From Tubulanus polymorphus (Eukaryota; Animalia; Nemertea), in NCBI RefSeq assembly GCF_964204645.1, contig NC_134036.1, positions 7,564,093 through 7,628,092 on the forward strand: DNA of 64,000 nucleotides, given 5' to 3'. The translations under genes and the position numbers were made by a program. Under the pieces are notes generated by a model, which ran no database searches, had not been told where the DNA came from, and worked only from the letters and a program-made list of their open reading frames with translations. Below, piece by piece: positions 50,901 through 64,000 of this stretch (position 1 is the first letter of the stretch; the number at the start of each line of letters is the position of its first letter).

Positions 50901-53900
50901 CACTGCACCGGGTCGTAACGCTGATCAAGGCCCGGTCAGCACTTAGTCGTTTTTCGAACTACCACCGCCGGCACACTGACGAACGAACGGACGACCGACC
51001 TACTGCCACCCTCCCTCCCTTCCTGACCGGTGCCGGGTCGTAACGCTGTTCATGGCCCGGTCAGCACTTAGTCGTTTTTCGAACAACAACCGCCGACACA
51101 CTGACTAACGGGCGGACGACTGTCCTAGTGCCTCCCTCCCTCCCTCACTGCACCGGGTCGTAACGCTGATCAAGGCCCGGTCAGCACTTAGTCGTTTTTC
51201 GAACAACCACCGCCGGCACACTGACGAACGGACGGACGACCGACCTACTGCCTCCCTCCCTCCCTCCCTGACCTGCGCCGGGTCGTAACGCTGATCAAGG
51301 CCCGGTCAGCCCTTTGTCGTTTTTCGAACAACCATCACTGCCGGCACACTGACAAACGGACGGACGACCGACCTACTGCCTCCCTCCCTCCCTCACTGCT
51401 CCGGGTCGTAACGCTGATCAAGGCCCGGTCAGCACTTAGTCGTTTTTCGAACAACCACCGCCGGCACACTGACGAATGGACGGACGACCGACCTACTACC
51501 TCCATCCCCCCCCGGACCGGTGCCGGATCGTCACGCTGATCATGGCCCGGTCAGCACTTAGTCGTTTTTCGAACAACAACCGCCGACACACTAACTAACG
51601 GGCGGACGACCGACCTACTGCCTCCCTCCCTCCCTCCCTCACTGCACCGGGTCGTAACGCTGATCAAGGCCCGGTCAGCACTTAGTCGTTTTTCGAACTA
51701 CCACCGCCGGCACACTGACGAACGGACGGACGACCGACCTACTGCCTCCCTCCCTCCCTCCCTGACCGGTGCCGGGTCGTAACGCTGATCAAGGCCCGGT
51801 CAGCACTTAGTCGTTTTTCGAACAACCATCGCCGGCACACTGACGAACGAACGGACGACCGACCTACTGCCACCCTCCCTCCCTTCCTGACCGGTGCCGG
51901 GTCGTAACGCTGTTCATGGCCCGGTCAGCACTTAGTCGTTTTTCGAACAACAACCGCCGACACACTGACTAACGGGCGGACGTCTGTCCTAGTGCCTCCC
52001 TCCCTCCCTCACTGCACCGGGTCGTAACGCTGATCAAGGCCCGGTCAGCACTTAGTCGTTTTTCGAACAACCACCGCCGGCACACTGACGAACGGATGGA
52101 CGACCGACCTACTGCCTCCCTCCCTCCCTCCCTCTCTCACTGCACCGGGTCGTAACGCTGATCAAGGCCCGGTCAGCACTTAGTCATCTTTCGAACGACT
52201 ACCACCGGCACACTGACGAACGGACTGACGACCGACCTACTGCCTCCCTCCCTCCCCCCTCACTGCACCGGGTCGTAACGCTGATCAAGGCCCGGTCAGC
52301 ACTTAGTCGTTTTTCGAACCAGCACTGACGGCAGACTAACTAACGGGCGGACGATTGTCCGACTGCCTCCCTCTCTCCCTCCCTCACTGCGCCGGGTCGT
52401 AATGCTGATCAAGACCCGGTCAGCACTTAGTCGTTTTTCGAACAACCAGCACTGCCGGCACACTGACTAACGGGCGGACGACCGACCTACTGCCTCCCTC
52501 CCTCCCTCACTGCACCGGGTCGTAACGCTGATCAAGGCCCGGTCAGCACATAGTCGTTTTTCGAACCATCACTGCCGGCACACTGACAAACGGACGGACG
52601 ACCGACCTACTGCCTCCCTCCCTCCCTCACTGCACCGGGTCGTAACGCTGATCATGGCCCGGTCAGCACTTAATCGTTTTTCGAACAACCACCGCCGGCA
52701 CACTGACGAACGGATGGACGACCGACCTACTGCCTCCCTCCCTCCCTCCCTCACTGCACCGGGTCGTAACGCTGATCAAGGCCCGGTCAGCACTTAGTCG
52801 TTTTTCGAACAACCACCGCCGGCACACTGACGAACGAACGGACGACCGACCTACTGCCACCCTCCCTCCCTTCCTGACCGGTGCCGGGTCGTAACGCTGT
52901 TCATGGCCTGGCCAGCACTTAGTCGTTTTTCGAACAACAACTGCCGACACACTGACTAACGGGCGGACGACTGTCCTAGTGCCTCCCTCCCTCCCTCACT
53001 GCACCGGGTCGTAACGCTGATCAAGGCCCGGTCAGCACTTAGTCGTTTTTCGAACAACCACCGCCGGCACACTGACGAAAGGATGGACGCCCGACCTACT
53101 GCCTCCCTCCCTCCCTCACTGCTCCGGGTCGTAACGCTGATCAAGGCCCGGTCAGCACTTAGTCGTTTTTCGAACAACCACCGCCGGTACACTGACGAAC
53201 GGATAGACGACCGACCTACTGCCTCCCTCCCTCCCTCACTGCACCGGGTCGTAACGCTGATCAAGACCTCGTCAGCACTTAGTCGTTTTTCGAACAACCA
53301 CCGCCGGCACACTGACGAACGGACGGACGACCGACCTACTGCCTCCCTCCCTCCCTCACTGCACCGGGTCGTAACGCTGTTCATGGCCCGGTCAGCACTT
53401 AGTCGTTTTTCAAACAACAACCGCCGACACACTGACTAACGGGCGGACGACTGTCCTAGTGCCTCCCTCCCTCCCTCACTGCGCCGGGTCGTAACGCTGA
53501 TCATAGCCCGGTCAGCACTTAGTCGTTTTTCGAACAACCACCGCCGGCACACTGACGAACGGATGGACGACCGACCTACTGCCTCCCTCCCTCCCTCCCT
53601 CACTGCACCGGGTCGTAACGCTGATCAAGGCCCGGTCAGCACTTAGTCGTTTTTCGAACTACCACCGCCGGCACACTGACGAACGAACGGACGACCGACC
53701 TACTGCCACCCTCCCTCCCTTCCTGACCGGTGCCGGGTCGTAACGCTGTTCATGGCCCGGTCAGCACTTAGTCGTTTTTCGAACAACAACCGCCGACACA
53801 CTGACAAACGGACGGACAACCGACGTACTGCCTCCCTCCCTCCCTCAATGCTCTGGGTCGTAACGCTGATCAAGGCCCGGTCAGCACTTTGTCGTTTTTC

Positions 53901-56900
53901 GAACTACCACCGCCGGCACACTGACGAACGGACGGACGACCGACCTACTGCCTCCCTCCCTCCCTCCCTGACCGGTGCCGGGTCGTAACGCTGATCAAGG
54001 CCCGGTCAGCACTTAGTCGTTTTTCGAACAACCACCGCCGGCACACTGACGAACGAACGGCCGACCGACCTACTGCCACCCTCCCTCCCTTCCTGACCGG
54101 TGCATGGTCGTAACGCTGTTCATGGCCCGGTCAGCACTTAGTCGTTTTTCGAACAACAACCGCCGACACACTGACTAACGGGCGGACGACAGTCCTAGTG
54201 CCTCCCTCCCTCCCTCACTGCGCCGGGTCGTAACGCTGATCATGGACCGGTCAGCACTTAGTTGTTTTTCGAACAACCACCGCCGGCACACTGACGAACG
54301 GATGGACGACCGACCTACTGCCTCCCTCCCTCCCTCCCTCACTGCACCGGGTCGTAACGCTGATCAAGGCCCGGTCAGCACTTAGTCGTTTTTCGAACTA
54401 CCACCGCCGGCACACTGACGAACGAACGGACGACCGACCTACTGCCACCCTCCCTCCCTTCCTGACCGGTGCCGGGTCGTAACGCTGTTCATGGCCCGGT
54501 CAGCACTTAGTCGTTTTTCGAACAACCACAGCCGGCACACTGACGAACGAACGGACGACCGACCTACTGCCACCCTCCCTCCCTTCCTGACCGGTGCCGG
54601 GTCGTAACGCTGTTCATGGCCCGGTCAGCACTTAGTCGTTTTTCGAACAACAACCGCCGACACACTGACTAACGGGCGGACGACTGTCCTAGTGCCTCCC
54701 TCCCTCCCTCACTGCACCGGGACGTAACGCTGATCAAGGCCCGGTCAGCACTTAGTCGTTTTTCGAACAACCACCGCCGGCACACTGACGAACGGATGGA
54801 CGACCGACCTACTGCCTCCCTCCCTCCCTCCCTCCCTCACTGCACCGGGTCGTAACGCTGATCAAGGCCCGGTCAGCACTTAGTCGTTTTTCGAACAACC
54901 ACCGCCGGCACACTGACGAACGGATGGTCGACCGACCTACTGCCCTCCCTCCCTCCCTCCCTCACTGCACCGGGTCGTAACGCTGATCAAGGCCCGGTCA
55001 GCACTTAGTCGTTTTTCGAACTACCACCGCCGGCACACTGACGAACGGACGGACGACCGACCTACTGCCTCCCTCCCTCCCTCCCTGACCGGTGCCGGGT
55101 CGTAACGCTGATCAAGGCCCGGTCAGCACTTAGTCGTTTTTCGAACCAACACTGACGGCAGACTAACTAACGGGCGGACGATTGTCCGACTGCCTCCCTC
55201 TCTCCCTCCCTCACTGCGCCGGGTCGTAATGCTGATCAAGGCCCGGTCAGCACTTAGTCGTTTTTCGAACAACCAGCACTGCCGGCACACTGACTAACGG
55301 GCGGACGACCGACCTACTGCCTCCCTCCCTCCCTCACTGCACCGGGTCGTAACGCTGATCAAGGCCCGGTCAGCACTTAGTCGTTTTTCGAACAACCACC
55401 GCCGGCACACTGACGAACGGACGGACGACCGACCTACTGCCTCCCTCCCTCCCTCCCTGACCGGTGCCGGGTCGTAACGCTGATCAAGGCCCGGTCAGCA
55501 TTTAGTCGTTTTTCGAACCAACACTGACGGCAGACTAACTAACGGGCGGACGATATTCCGACTGCCTCCCTCTCTCCCTCCCTCACTGCGCCGGGTCGTA
55601 ATGCTGATCAAGGCCCGGTCAGCACTTAGTCGTTTTTCGAACAACCAGCACTGCCGGCACACTGACAAACGGACGGACGACCGACCTACTGCCTCCCTCC
55701 CTCCCTCACTGCACCGGGTCGTAACGCTGATCATGGCCCGGTCAGCACTTAATCGTTTTTCGAACAACCACCGCCGGCACACTGACGAACGGATGGACGA
55801 CCGACCTACTGCCTCCCTCCCTCCCTCCCTCCCTCACTGCACTGGGTCGTAACGCTGATCAAGGCCCGGTCAGCACTTAGTCGTTTTTCGAACCAACACT
55901 GACGGCAGACTAACTAACGGGCGGACGATTGTCCGACTGCCTCCCTCTCTCCCTCCCTCACTGCGCCGGGTCGTAATGCTGATCAAGGCCCGGTCAGCAC
56001 TTAGTCGTTCTTCGAACAACCAGCACTGCCGGCACACTGACTAACGGGCGGACGACCGACCTACTGCCTCCCTCCCTCCCTCACTGCACCGGGTCGTAAC
56101 GCTGATCAAGGCCCGGTCAGCACTTAGTCGTTTTTGGAACCATCACTGCCGGCACACGACAAACGGACGGACGACCGACCTACTGCCTCCCTCCCTCCCT
56201 CACTGCACCGGGTCGTAACGCTGATCATGGCCCGGTCAGCACTTAATCGTTTTTCGAACAACCACCGCCGGCACACTGACGAACGGATGGACGACCGACC
56301 TACTGCCTCCCTCCCTCCCTCCCTCACTGCACCGGGTCGTAACGCTGATCAAGGCCCGGTCAGCACTTAGTCGTTTTTCGAACCAACACTGACGGCAGAC
56401 TAACTAACGGGCGGACGATTGTCCGACTGCCTCCCTCTCTCCCTCCCTCACTGCACCGGGTCGTAACGCTGATCAAGGCCCGGTCAGCACTTAGTCGTTT
56501 TTCGAACCAACACTGACGGCAGACTAACTAACGGGCGGACGATTGTCCGACTGCCTCCCTCTCTCCCTCCCTCACTGCACCGGGTCGTAACGCTGATCAA
56601 GGCCCGGTCAGCACTTAGTCGTTTTTCGAACTACCACCGCCGGCACACTGACGAACGGACGGACGACCGACCTACTGCCTCCCTCCCTCCCTCCCTGACC
56701 GGTGCCGGGTCGTAACGCTGATCAAGGCCCGGTCAGCACTTAGTCGTTTTTCGAACCAACACTGACGGCAGACTAACTAACGGGCGGACGATTGTCCGAC
56801 TGCCTCCCTCTCTCCCTCCCTCACTGCGCCGGGTCGTAATGCTGATCAAGGCCCGGTCAGCACTTAGTCGTTTTTCGAACAACCAGCACTGCCGGCACAC

Positions 56901-59130
56901 TGACTAACGGGCGGACGACCGACCTACTGCCTCCCTCCCTCCCTCACTGCACCGGGTCGTAACGCTGATCAAGGCCCGGTCAGCACTTAGTCGTTTTTCG
57001 AACCATCACTGCCGGCACACTGACGAACGGACGGACGACCGACCTACTGCCTCCCTCCCTCCCTCACTGCTCCGGGTCGTAACGCTGATCAAGGCCCGGT
57101 CAGCACTTAGTCGTTTTTCGAACCAACACTGACGGCAGACTAACTAACGGGCGGACGATATTCCGACTGCCTCCCCCTCTCCCTCCCTCACTGCGCCGGG
57201 TCGTAATGCTGATCAAGGCCCGGTCAGCACTTAGTCGTTTTTCGAACCATCACTGCCGGCACACTGACGAACGGACGGACGACCGACCTACTGCCTCCCT
57301 CCCTCCCTCCCTGACCGGTGCCGGGTCGTAATGCTGATCAAGGCCCGGTCAGCACTTAGTCGTTTTTCGAACCAACACTGACGGCAGACTAACTAACGGG
57401 CGGACGATATTCCGACTGCCTCCCTCTCTCCCTCCCTCACTGCGCCGGGTCGTAATGCTGATCAAGGCCCGGTCAGCACTTAGTCGTTTTTTCGAACAAC
57501 CAGCACTGCCGGCACACTGACAAACGGACGGATGACCGACCTACTGCCTCCCTCCCTCCCTCACTGCACCGGGTCGTAACGCTGATCATGGCCCGGTCAG
57601 CACTTAATCGTTTTTCGAACAACCACCGCCGGCACACTGACGAACGGATGGACGACCGACCTACTGCCTCCCTCCCTCCCTCCCTCACTGCACCGGGTCG
57701 TAACGCTGATCAAGGCCCGGTCAGCACTTAGTCGTTTTTCGAACCAACACTGACGGCAGACTAACTAACGGGCGGACGATTGTCCGACTGCCTCCCTCTC
57801 TCCCCTCCCTCACTGCGCCGGGTCGTAATGCTGATCAAGGCCCGGTCAGCACTTAGTCGTTTTTCGAACAACCAGCACTGCCGGCACACTGACTAACGGG
57901 CGGACGACCGACCTACTGCCTCCCTCCCTCCCTCACTGCACCGGGTCGTAACGCTGATCAAGGCCCGGTCAGCACTTAGTCGTTTTTCGAACCATCACTG
58001 CCGGCACACTGACAACGGACGGACGACCGACCTACTGCCTCCCTCCCTCCCTCACTGCACCGGGTCGTAACGCTGATCATGGCCCGGGCAGCACTTAGTC
58101 GTTTTTCGAACTACCACCGCCGGCACACTGACGAACGGATGGACGACCGACCTACTGCCTCCCTCCCTCCCTCCCTCACTGCACCGGGTCGTAACGCTGA
58201 TCAAGGCCCGGTCAGCACTTAGTCGTTTTTCGAACAACCACCGCCGGCACACTGACGAACGGATGGACGACCGACCTACTGCCTCCCTCCCTCCCTCACT
58301 GCACCGGGTCGTAACGCTGATCAAGACCTCGTCAGCACTTAGTCGTTTTTCGAACAACCACCGCCGGCACACTGACGAACGGACGGACGACCGACCTACT
58401 GCCTCCCTCCCTCCCTCACTGCACCGGGTCGTAACGCTGATCAAGGCCCGGTCAGCACTTAGTCGTTTTTCGAACTACCACCGCCGGCACACTGACGAAC
58501 GAACGGACGACCGACCTACTGCCACCCTCCCTCCCTTCCTGACCGGTGCCGGGTCGTAACGCTGTTCATGGCCCGGTCAGCACTTAGTCGTTTTTCGAAC
58601 AACAACCGCCGACACACTGACTAACGGGCGGACGACTGTCCTAGTGCCTCCATCCCTCCCTCACTGCACCGGGTCGTAACGCTGATCATGGCCCGGTCAG
58701 CACTTAGTCGTTTTTCGAACAACCACCGCCGGCACACTGACGAACGGACGGACGACCGACCTACTGCCTCCCTCCCTCCCTCAATGCTCCGGGTCGTAAC
58801 GCTGATCAAGGCCCGGTCAGCACTTAGTCGTTTTTCGAACAACCATCACTGCCGGCACACTGATAAACGGACGACGACCGACCTACTGCCCTCCCTCCCT
58901 CCCTCAATGCTCCGGGTCGTAACGCTGATCAAGGCCCGGTCAGCACTTAGTCGTTTTTCGAACAACCACCGCCGGCACACTGGCGAACGGACGGACGACC
59001 GACCTACTGCCTCCCTCCCTCCATCACTGCTCCGGGTCGTAAAGCTGATCAAGGGCCGGTCAGCACTTAGTCGTTTTTCGAATAACCACCTTCGAACTAC
59101 CACCGCCGGCACAATGACGAACGGACGGAC
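48000..59130 (+). repeat. Higher-order duplicate of ~36300-47040 (core offset ~12,090 bp)
   Basis: ORF-track pairs 40480/52569, 40867/52956, 41663/53752, 43405/55495, 44034/56124 and 46755/58846. Shared rare lesions are TTTTTGGAAC...CACACGAC (44041/56131) and the AATAACCACCTTCGAAC insertion (46990/59081). The first ~3 kb aligns with monomer-scale indels (36775/48484). Boundaries are approximate. Confidence 0.88.
50854..50901. repeat. Expanded (CCTC)12 tract, paralogous to 38657-38812
   Basis: A 48-bp pure tract in the same rare-variant context (AATAACCAACTCTG...CACATTG, then GATCATAG). Confidence 0.9.
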
Positions 59131-62100
59131 GACCGACCTACTGCCTCCCTCCCTCCCTCCCTGACCGGTGCCGGGTCGTAACGCTGATCAAGGCCCGGTC
59201 AGCACTTAGTCGTTTTTCGAACAACAACCGCCGACACACTGACTAACGGGCGGACGACTGTCCTAGTGCCTCCCTCCCTCCCTCACTGCACCGGGTCGTA
59301 ACGCTGATCATGGCCCGGTCAGCACTTAGTCGTTTTCGAACAACCACCGCCGGCACACTGACGAACGGATGGACGACCGACCTACTGCCTCCCTCCCTCC
59401 CTCACTGCACCGGGTCGTAACGCTGATCAAGGCCCGGTCAGCACTTAGTCGTTTTTCGAACAACCATCACTGCCGGCACACTGATAAACGGACGGACGAC
59501 CGACCTACTGCCTCCCTCCCTCCCTCCCTGACCGGTGCCGGGTCGTAACGCTGATCAAGGCCCGGTCAGCACTTAGTCGTTTTTCGAACAACCACCGCCG
59601 GCACACTGACGAACGAACGGACGACCGACCTACTGCCACCCTCCCTCCCTTCCTGACCGGTGCCGGGTCGTAACGCTGTTCATGGCCCGGTCAGCACTTA
59701 GTCGTTTTCGAACAACAACCGCCGACACACTGACTAACGGGCGGACGACAGTCCTAGTGCCTCCCTCCCTCCCTCACTGCGCCGGGTCGTAACGCTGATC
59801 ATGGACCGGTCAGCACTTAGTCGTTTTTCGAACAGCAACCGCCGACACACTGACCAACGGGCGGACGACGGACCTACTGCCTCCCTCCCTCCCTCAATGC
59901 GCCGGGTCGTAACGCTGATCAAGGCCCGGTCAGCACTTAGTCGTTTTTCGAACAACAACCGCCGACACACTGACTAACGGGCGGACGACTGTCCTAGTGC
60001 CTCCCTCCCTCCCTCACTGCACCGGGTCGTAACGCTGATCATGGCCCGGTCAGCACTTAGTCGTTTTCGAACAACCACCGCCGGCACACTGACGAACGGA
60101 TGGACGACCGACCTACTGCCTCCCTCCCTCCCTCACTGCACCGGGTCGTAACGCTGATCAAGGCCCGGTCAGCACTTAGTCGTTTTTCGAACAACCATCA
60201 CTGCCGGCACACTGATAAACGGACGGACGACCGACCTACTGCCTCCCTCCCTCCCTCAATGCTCCGGGTCGTAACGCTGATCAAGGCCCGGTCAGCACTT
60301 AGTCGTTTTTCGAACTACTACCGCCGGCACACTGACGAACGGATGGACGACCGACCTACTGCCTCCCTCCCTCCCTCCCTGACCAGCGCTGGGTCGTAAC
60401 GCTGATCAAGGCCCGGTCAGCCCTTAGTCGTTTTTCCAACAACCATCACTGCCGGCACACTGACAAACGGACGGACAACCGACCTACTGCCTCCCTCCTC
60501 CCTCAATGCTCTGGGTCGTAACGCTGATCAAGGCCCGGTCAGCACTTTGTCGTTTTTCGAACTACCACCGCCGGCACACTGACGAACGGACGGACGACCG
60601 ACCTACTGCCTCCCTCCCTCCCTCCCTGACCGGTGCCGGGTCGTAACGCTGATCAAGGCCCGGTCAGCACTTAGTCGTTTTTCGAACTACTACCGCCGGC
60701 ACACTGACGAACGGATGGACGACCGACCTACTGCCTCCCTCCCTCCCTCCCTGACCAGCGCTGGGTCGTAACGCTGATCAAGGCCCGGTCAGCCCTTAGT
60801 CGTTTTTCGAACAACGATCACTGCCGGCACACTGACAAACGGACGGACAACCGACGTACTGCCTCCCTCCCTCCCTCAATGCTCTGGGTCGTAACGCTGA
60901 TCAAGGCCCGGTCAGCACTTTGTCGTTTTTCGAACTACCACCGCCGGCACACTGACGAACGGACGGACGACCGACCTACTGCCTCCCTCCCTCCCTCCCT
61001 GACCGGTGCCGGGTCGTAACGCTGATCAAGGCCCGGTCAGCACTTAGTCGTTTTTCGAACAACCACCGCCGGCACACTGACGAACGAACGGACGACCGAC
61101 CTACTGCCACCCTCCCTCCCTTCCTGACCGGTGCCGGGTCGTAACGCTGTTCATGGCCCGGTCAGCACTTAGTCGTTTTTCGAACAACAACCGCCGACAC
61201 ACTGACTAACGGGCGGACGACAGTCCTAGTGCCTCCCTCCCTCCCTCACTGCGCCGGGTCGTAACGCTGATCATGGACCGGTCAGCACTTAGTCGTTTTT
61301 CGAACAGCAACCGCCGACACACTGACCAACGGGCGGACGACGGACCTACTGCCTCCCTCCCTCCCTCAATGCTCCGGGTCGTAACGCTGATCAAGGCCCG
61401 GTCAGCACTTAGTCGTTTTTCGAACAACCACCGCCGGCACACTGACGACCGGACGGACGACTGACCTACTGCCTCTCTCCCTCCCTCACTGCACCGGGTC
61501 GTAACGCTGATCTAGGCCCGGTCAGCCTTAGTCGTTTTTTCGAACAACAACCGCCGGCACACTGACTAACGGGCGGACGACGGACCTACTGCCTCCCTCC
61601 CTCCCTCCCTCACTGCTCCGGGTCGTAACGCTGATCAAGGCCCGGTCAGCACTTAGTCGTTTTTCGAACAACCACCGCCGGCACACTGACGAACGGATGG
61701 ACGACCGATCTACTGCCTCCCTCCCTCCCTCCCTCCCTCACTGCACCGGGTCGTAACGCTGATCAAGGCCCGGTCAGCACTTAGTCGTTTTTCGAACTAC
61801 CACCGCCGGCACACTGACGAACGGATGGACGACCGACCTACTGCCTCCCTCCCTCCCTCCCTGACCAGCGCCGGGATGTAACGCTGATCAAGGCCCGGTC
61901 AGCCCTTAGTCGTTTTTCGAACAACCACCGCCGGCACACTGACGAACGGACGGACGACCGACCTACTGCCTCCCTCCCTCCCTCACTGCACCGGGTCGTA
62001 ACGCTGATCATGGCCCGGTCAGCACTTAGTCTTTTTTCGAACTACCACCGCCGGCACACTGACGAACGGACGGACGACCGACCTACTGCCTCCCTCCCTC

Positions 62101-64000
62101 CCCTCCCTGACCGGTGCCGGGTCGTAACGCTGATCAAGGCCCGGTCAGCACTTAGTCGTTTTTCGAACAACCACCGCCGGCACACTGACGAACGAACGGA
62201 CGACCGACCTACTGCCTCCCTCCCTCCCTCAATGCTCCGGGTCGTAACGCTGATCAAGGCCCGGTCAGCACTTAGTCGTTTTTCGAACAACCACCACCGG
62301 CACACTGGCGAACGGACGGACGACCGACCTACTGCCTCCCTCCCTCCCTCACTGCACCGGGTCGTAACGCTGATCAAGGCCCGGTCAGCACTTAGTCGTT
62401 TTTCGAACAACCACCACCGGCACACTGACGAACGGACGGACGACCGACCTACTGCCTCCCTCCCTCCCTCCCTGACCGGTGCCGGGTCGTAACGCTGATC
62501 AAGGCCCGGTCAGCACTTAGTCGTTTTTCGAACAACCACCGCCGGCACACTGACGAACGGATGGACGACCGACCTACTGCCTCCCTCCCTCCCTCCCTCA
62601 CTGCACCGGGTCGTAACGCTGATCAAGACCCGGTCAGCACTTAGTCGTTTTTCGAACAACCACCGCCGGCACACTGACGAACGGACGGACGACCGACCTA
62701 CTGCCTCCCTCCATCCCTCACTGCACCGGGTCGTAACGCTGATCAAGGCCCGGTCAGCACTTAGTCGTTTTTCGAACTACCACCGCCGGCACACTGACGA
62801 ACGGATGGACGACCGACCTACTGCCTCCCTCCCTCCCTCCCTCACTGCACCGGATCGTAACGCTGATCAAGGCCCGGTCAGCACTTAGTCGTTTTTCGAA
62901 CAACCACCGCCGGCACACTGACGAACGGATGGACGACCGACCTACTGTCCCCCTCCCTCCCACACTGCTCCGGGTCGTAACGCTGATCAAGGCCCGGTCA
63001 GCACTTAGTCTTTTTTCGAACTACCACCGCCGGCACACTGACGAACGGACGGACGACCGACCTACTGCCTTCCTCCCTCCCTCCCTGACCGGTGCCGGGT
63101 CGTAACGCTGATCAAGGCCCGGTCAGCACTTAGTCGTTTTTCGAACAACCACCGCCGGCACACTGACGAACGAACGGACGACCGACCTACTGCCACCCTC
63201 CCTCCCTTCCTGACCGGTGCCGGGTCGTAACGCTGTTCATGGCCCGGTCAGCACTTAGTCGTTTTTCGAACAACAACCGCCGACACACTGACTAACGGGC
63301 GGACGACTGTCCTAGTGCCTCCCTCCCTCCCTCACTGCACCGGGTCGTAACGCTGATCAAGGCCCGGTCAGCACTTAGTCGTTTTTCGAACAACCACCGC
63401 CGGCACACTGACGAACGGATGGACGACCGACCTACTGCCTCCCTCCCTCCCTCACTGCACCGGGTCGTAACGCTGATCAAGGCCCGGTCAGCACTTAGTC
63501 GTTTTTCGAACAACCATCACTGCCGGCACACTGATAAACGGACGGACGACCGACCTACTGCCTCCCTCCCTCCCTCCCTGACCGGTGCCGGGTCGTAACG
63601 CTGATCAAGGCCCGGTCAGCACTTAGTCGTTTTTCGAACAACCACCGCCGGCACACTGACGAACGAACGGACGACCGACCTACTGCCACCCTCCCTCCCT
63701 TCCTGACCGGTGCCGGGTCGTAACGCTGTTCATGGCCCGGTCAGCACTTAGTCGTTTTTCGAACAACAACCGCCGACACACTGACTAACGGGCGGACGAC
63801 AGTCCTAGTGCCTCCCTCCCTCCCTCACTGCGCCGGGTCGTAACGCTGATCATGGACCGGTCAGCACTTAGTCGTTTTTCGAACAGCAACCGCCGACACA
63901 CTGACCAACGGGCGGACGACGGACCTACTGCCTCCCTCCCTCCCTCAATGCGCCGGGTCGTAACGCTGATCAAGGCCCGGTCAGCACTTAGTCGTTTTTC

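Larger units (their letters stand above)
34288..64000. repeat. Same satellite array, right arm (~240 monomers; continues beyond the window end)
   Basis: Same monomer, orientation and variant set as the left arm. It resumes in exact phase (TTAG TCGTTTTTCG) after the insertion. Confidence 0.99.

Noticed and set aside
451-63973. Many ORFs encoding 40-aa repeats (…TDERTDDRPTASLPPSLHRVVTLIKARSALSRFSNNHRRH… and …EGGREAVGRSSVRSSVCRRWLFEKRLSADRALISVTTRCS…)
   Set aside because: The 120-bp period keeps some frames open by chance on both strands. They are broken every 1-4 monomers by 4-bp CCTC changes and stop-bearing variants, with no sign of frame preservation.
1-64000. Functional 5S rRNA or tRNA gene array
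   Set aside because: Despite the ~120 bp period and partial resemblance, box A and the 3' third of 5S are absent, and no cloverleaf was seen.

Overview
Eukaryotic satellite DNA. About 57.7 kb of the 64 kb is one uninterrupted, same-orientation tandem array of a ~120-130 bp monomer (~62% GC, 13 CpG in the canonical copy; roughly 470 copies). Each monomer contains a variable (CCTC)n tract, a dyad and a T5 run. The array uses a small set of monomer variants in non-random order and shows multi-kb duplications (offsets ~15.47 kb and ~12.09 kb). It is split once, at 27958-34287, by a 6.33 kb AT-rich non-autonomous DNA transposon. This element has ~440 bp imperfect terminal inverted repeats (TIRs), AAC...GTT termini and a perfect 4-bp TTAG target-site duplication (TSD), most consistent with a Kolobok-like element. 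It encodes no recognisable transposase. It carries four 29-49 bp CCATGG-ended mini-elements (two with perfect 5-bp flanking duplications) and a nested, symmetric set of GGTAAAAATCCCC motifs. No convincing protein-coding gene was found, and the ORFs in the array are repeat artefacts. A speculative lead is that part of the monomer resembles 5S rRNA with box A deleted.
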